DNA of 64,000 nucleotides from an uncultured cyanobacterium (GTDB lineage Bacteria; Cyanobacteriota; Cyanobacteriia; Cyanobacteriales; CAWCAG01): NCBI GenBank assembly GCA_963803805.1, contig CAWDOD010000003.1, positions 160,001 to 224,000 of the forward strand, read 5' to 3'. Shown piece by piece: positions 61,394 to 64,000 of this stretch (position 1 is its first letter; each line of letters starts with the position of its first letter). The notes under the pieces were generated by a model. It saw only the letters and a program-made list of their open reading frames with translations, ran no database searches and was not told where the DNA came from. The position numbers and the translations under genes were made by a program.

Positions 61394-64000
61394 TCGCTCT
61401 GAAGAATTACAGAAAGCAATCGAATATGCTGAACAACAGCTATCAATTGCAAGAGAACTTAAAAACAAACAGTCTGAAAATCAGGCACTTAACATGATTG
61501 GAAACTGTTTAAATTCTTTAGGAAAATATCAACAGGCAATTAGATATTTTGAGCAGCAATTAAACATTACAAAAGAACTTTTAGATCGTGAGTCAGAAGG
61601 AGGAGTACTAGGAAATATCGGATTTTCCTACAAAGGCCTTGGAGAACATCAACGCGCTATTAACTATTTTGAACAATGGTTAGTAATTAGTCGTGAGGTT
61701 AATAATCGTATTTGGGAATCTAATTCCCTATGCACTTTGGGGGATAGCTATACTACTCTTGGTCAATATCAGAATGCTGCTGAGTTTTACGAACAAAGAC
61801 TCCCAATAGTAAGAGAGTTAAATGACAAGGCTGGTGAAGCCTATACTCTAGGATGGTTAGGTGTCAATAAGTATTTTTTAGGGGAATATCAAAGCTCTAT
61901 TGAAGTTCGCTTACAATGGTTAGCTATAACTAGAGAACTTGGTAATCGAGTAGACGAAGGTAAGGCTTTGCAAAGTATAGCTGATGGCTACTTTAGCTTA
62001 AAGCAATATTCAAAGGCTGCTGAATTTTATCAACAGGCATTGGACATTAAGCGAGAAACACGAGAAACATCTGAAGAAAAAAGTATTTTAGAGTGGCTAG
62101 GGCGCAGCTATCAGTCTTCACAACAGTACCAACAGTCGATAGAAACTTTTGAAGCTTGGTTAAATCTATGTAAACAAACTGGAGATTCTGTTCAGGAAAT
62201 CAATGCTCTTGGTTACTTGGGTGAAAGTTACAGATTATTAGAGCAGTATAAGCAATCGATAAATTGTCATCAGCAACGTTTGTCAATAGCTCAAAATATT
62301 GATAATGTTCAGGCTCAATGTTTTGCTCTAATGAGTATTGGAATAGCTCAATTTTATTCTCAGAAGTACAAAAAAGCCATAACATATTTTGAATATCAAT
62401 TAAATCTTGCCAGAAAGATTAACAATAAAGAAAGAGAATGCAATGCTTTAGGATGGCTAGGAGCTTGTTTGTATAGGCAGAAGAATTATGTCAAAGCATT
62501 AGAATATCGTCAACTACAACTCAATATCGCTAAAGAGATAAACAATTTATCTGAAGAAGTTTATGCACTGAAAAGTATAGGAGAGTCTTATCAGTGTACT
62601 TACCAATACAAACTATCTGTTCACTACTATGAACTATGTTTACCAATTGTTAAAGAGCTAAAAGATGAGTTTCAAGAAGTAGATGTTTTGTTTAATCTAG
62701 CTCATGGCTATGATAAAACCAGCCATTTTCATGAGGCTATTGAACTTTACACCAAAGCTCTAAAAATCTATCAAAAACTTGGTAATTGCAGTGCAGAAAG
62801 TAGAATATTAAGAGGGCTAGGAAGTGTATATCTTTCCTTAAGTCAATTTGAAAAATCTATTGAAGCATATGAACAGGCACTAGATATTTGTAAATATTTA
62901 GATGATATATCTTCAAAAGCTTATTGTTTACAGTCTATTGGAAATGGACATAAACAACTAAAAAATTATGCTCAAGCGATAGAATTCTACGAACAAGCAT
63001 TAGCTATTTTCAAAAAACTTAAAGATCGCTCTGGAGAGGCATATACTTTATCTAACTTTGGTGAAGCTAATGCACAACTAGGGCAACAAACAATTAAACA
63101 GAAGTCAGTTCAAGAGAACTATATTCAATCAGGAGAAAATATTCAAGGTAGCGAAGAGGAAATAATAACTGCTGAACAAGTAGTCCTCAAAAATGTGACT
63201 GCTGATAGTGTTTTTATTGAGAAAATAAATCAAATTATTGAACAGATATTCATTAAATGTAATTACTCAATAAGTAGTAAAGAAGTTGAATCTCTACTAG
63301 AAAAAGTTATTAATAAAATTGCACCTAAAGCAACTCCAGAAGTAAGAAAGAGCCTTGCTATTCAGGTAATCAAGTTATCTTTAGAAGATGAAAAACTATC
63401 AATTTCATCAGAGCAAAGTTCTCTGATATTGACCAAGCTTAGTGAGATCAGTATACAAGACTTTCAATCTTTGCTCTCTTCTGACGAAGAATATAGAAAG
63501 CTAAGGAAGCGTCTTGGTTGGTTAATTGTTGAGGATCATTTAAATGGTCGTATAGTTGGTGTTGGTATTTTTGTAGTTGGAAGTGTTGGTTTTAGTGCTG
63601 GTGTTGGTATTACGTCAGCTTATTACAGAAAAATTATTGATGAACTAACCTCGGAAGATGAAGATAAACCGAATGGCTCTAAAAATCAAGAGCCAAAATC
63701 TCCAGATCATAATGAACCTGATCGCGAAGAAAGCGCTCGCTCTTCCAAAAAACGTGAAGAAGACCTTATTACCCTTATTAGAGAGTTCATAAAACTGAAA
63801 TATATGACGACTTCTCTTATGGATGAATCATATCAACCTATATCTCCAGAAAATTCATCTAATTCAGAAGAACTTCAAGGAAATACAGTAGCCAGAAGAT
63901 CCAGTAACTTCACTGAAGATTTACCTTTATCTGGCAATGGTGCTGGAAGCAATAGCTTTCCAGTACAAAATTCATTGCAATGGTTTGAAGATATTTTCAG
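61383..64000 (+). CDS. Large TPR-repeat protein with a Gly-rich hydrophobic segment; runs off the right edge; not in the ORF track
   Basis: ATG at 61383 overlaps the upstream gene. About 14 repeats of about 40 aa (LG..Y..LG.YQ.AI...EQ.L.I.RE) extend to about 63080. The start and the stretch from 63060 to the end were translated and are open; IVGVGIFVVGSVGFSAGVGI at about 63550-63610. Confidence 0.88.
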   Translation, partial: MTVNRSEELQKAIEYAEQQLSIARELKNKQSENQALNMIGNCLNSLGKYQQAIRYFEQQLNITKELLDRESEGGVLGNIGFSYKGLGEHQRAINYFEQWLVISREVNNRIWESNSLCTLGDSYTTLGQYQNAAEFYEQRLPIVRELNDKAGEAYTLGWLGVNKYFLGEYQSSIEVRLQWLAITRELGNRVDEGKALQSIADGYFSLKQYSKAAEFYQQALDIKRETRETSEEKSILEWLGRSYQSSQQYQQSIETFEAWLNLCKQTGDSVQEINALGYLGESYRLLEQYKQSINCHQQRLSIAQNIDNVQAQCFALMSIGIAQFYSQKYKKAITYFEYQLNLARKINNKERECNALGWLGACLYRQKNYVKALEYRQLQLNIAKEINNLSEEVYALKSIGESYQCTYQYKLSVHYYELCLPIVKELKDEFQEVDVLFNLAHGYDKTSHFHEAIELYTKALKIYQKLGNCSAESRILRGLGSVYLSLSQFEKSIEAYEQALDICKYLDDISSKAYCLQSIGNGHKQLKNYAQAIEFYEQALAIFKKLKDRSGEAYTLSNFGEANAQLGQQTIKQKSVQENYIQSGENIQGSEEEIITAEQVVLKNVTADSVFIEKINQIIEQIFIKCNYSISSKEVESLLEKVINKIAPKATPEVRKSLAIQVIKLSLEDEKLSISSEQSSLILTKLSEISIQDFQSLLSSDEEYRKLRKRLGWLIVEDHLNGRIVGVGIFVVGSVGFSAGVGITSAYYRKIIDELTSEDEDKPNGSKNQEPKSPDHNEPDREESARSSKKREEDLITLIREFIKLKYMTTSLMDESYQPISPENSSNSEELQGNTVARRSSNFTEDLPLSGNGAGSNSFPVQNSLQWFEDIF

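Overview
A 64 kb AT-rich cyanobacterial chromosome segment, judged from the frequent HIP1 GCGATCGC octamers, psaC, a cruA-like gene, NtcA boxes and heptamer repeats. Most of it is core genes: dnaK, dnaJ, hisS, a bamA-like gene, aroQ, cinA (frameshifted), purD, ahcY, an M16 peptidase pair, glycosyltransferases, two-component and cyclase genes, psaC and hsp20. Three accessory regions stand out. (1) 3.3-9.0 kb: an Afp15/Pvc15-like AAA+ ATPase lies divergent from a DUF4157 protein with an Ntox16-like tip, followed by two candidate immunity genes, one split by an IS982. (2) 34.9-44.3 kb: a second, rearranged ATPase/DUF4157 locus forms an array of orphan toxin-tip/immunity cassettes. It has three near-identical DUF4157 core copies, a serum-amyloid-A-like tip, two His...NSNS permuted-papain-like tips and four paralogous envelope immunity candidates. 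No injection-system structural genes are present in the window. (3) 60.9-64 kb: a small helical protein with two 21-aa C-terminal pseudo-repeats overlaps a large TPR protein gene that carries one matching repeat, an architecture resembling amyloid (HET-s/Bell-type) signalling. A glutamine riboswitch with an NtcA box precedes an unlisted DUF4278 gene. All family assignments come from motif recognition by eye; no searches were run.
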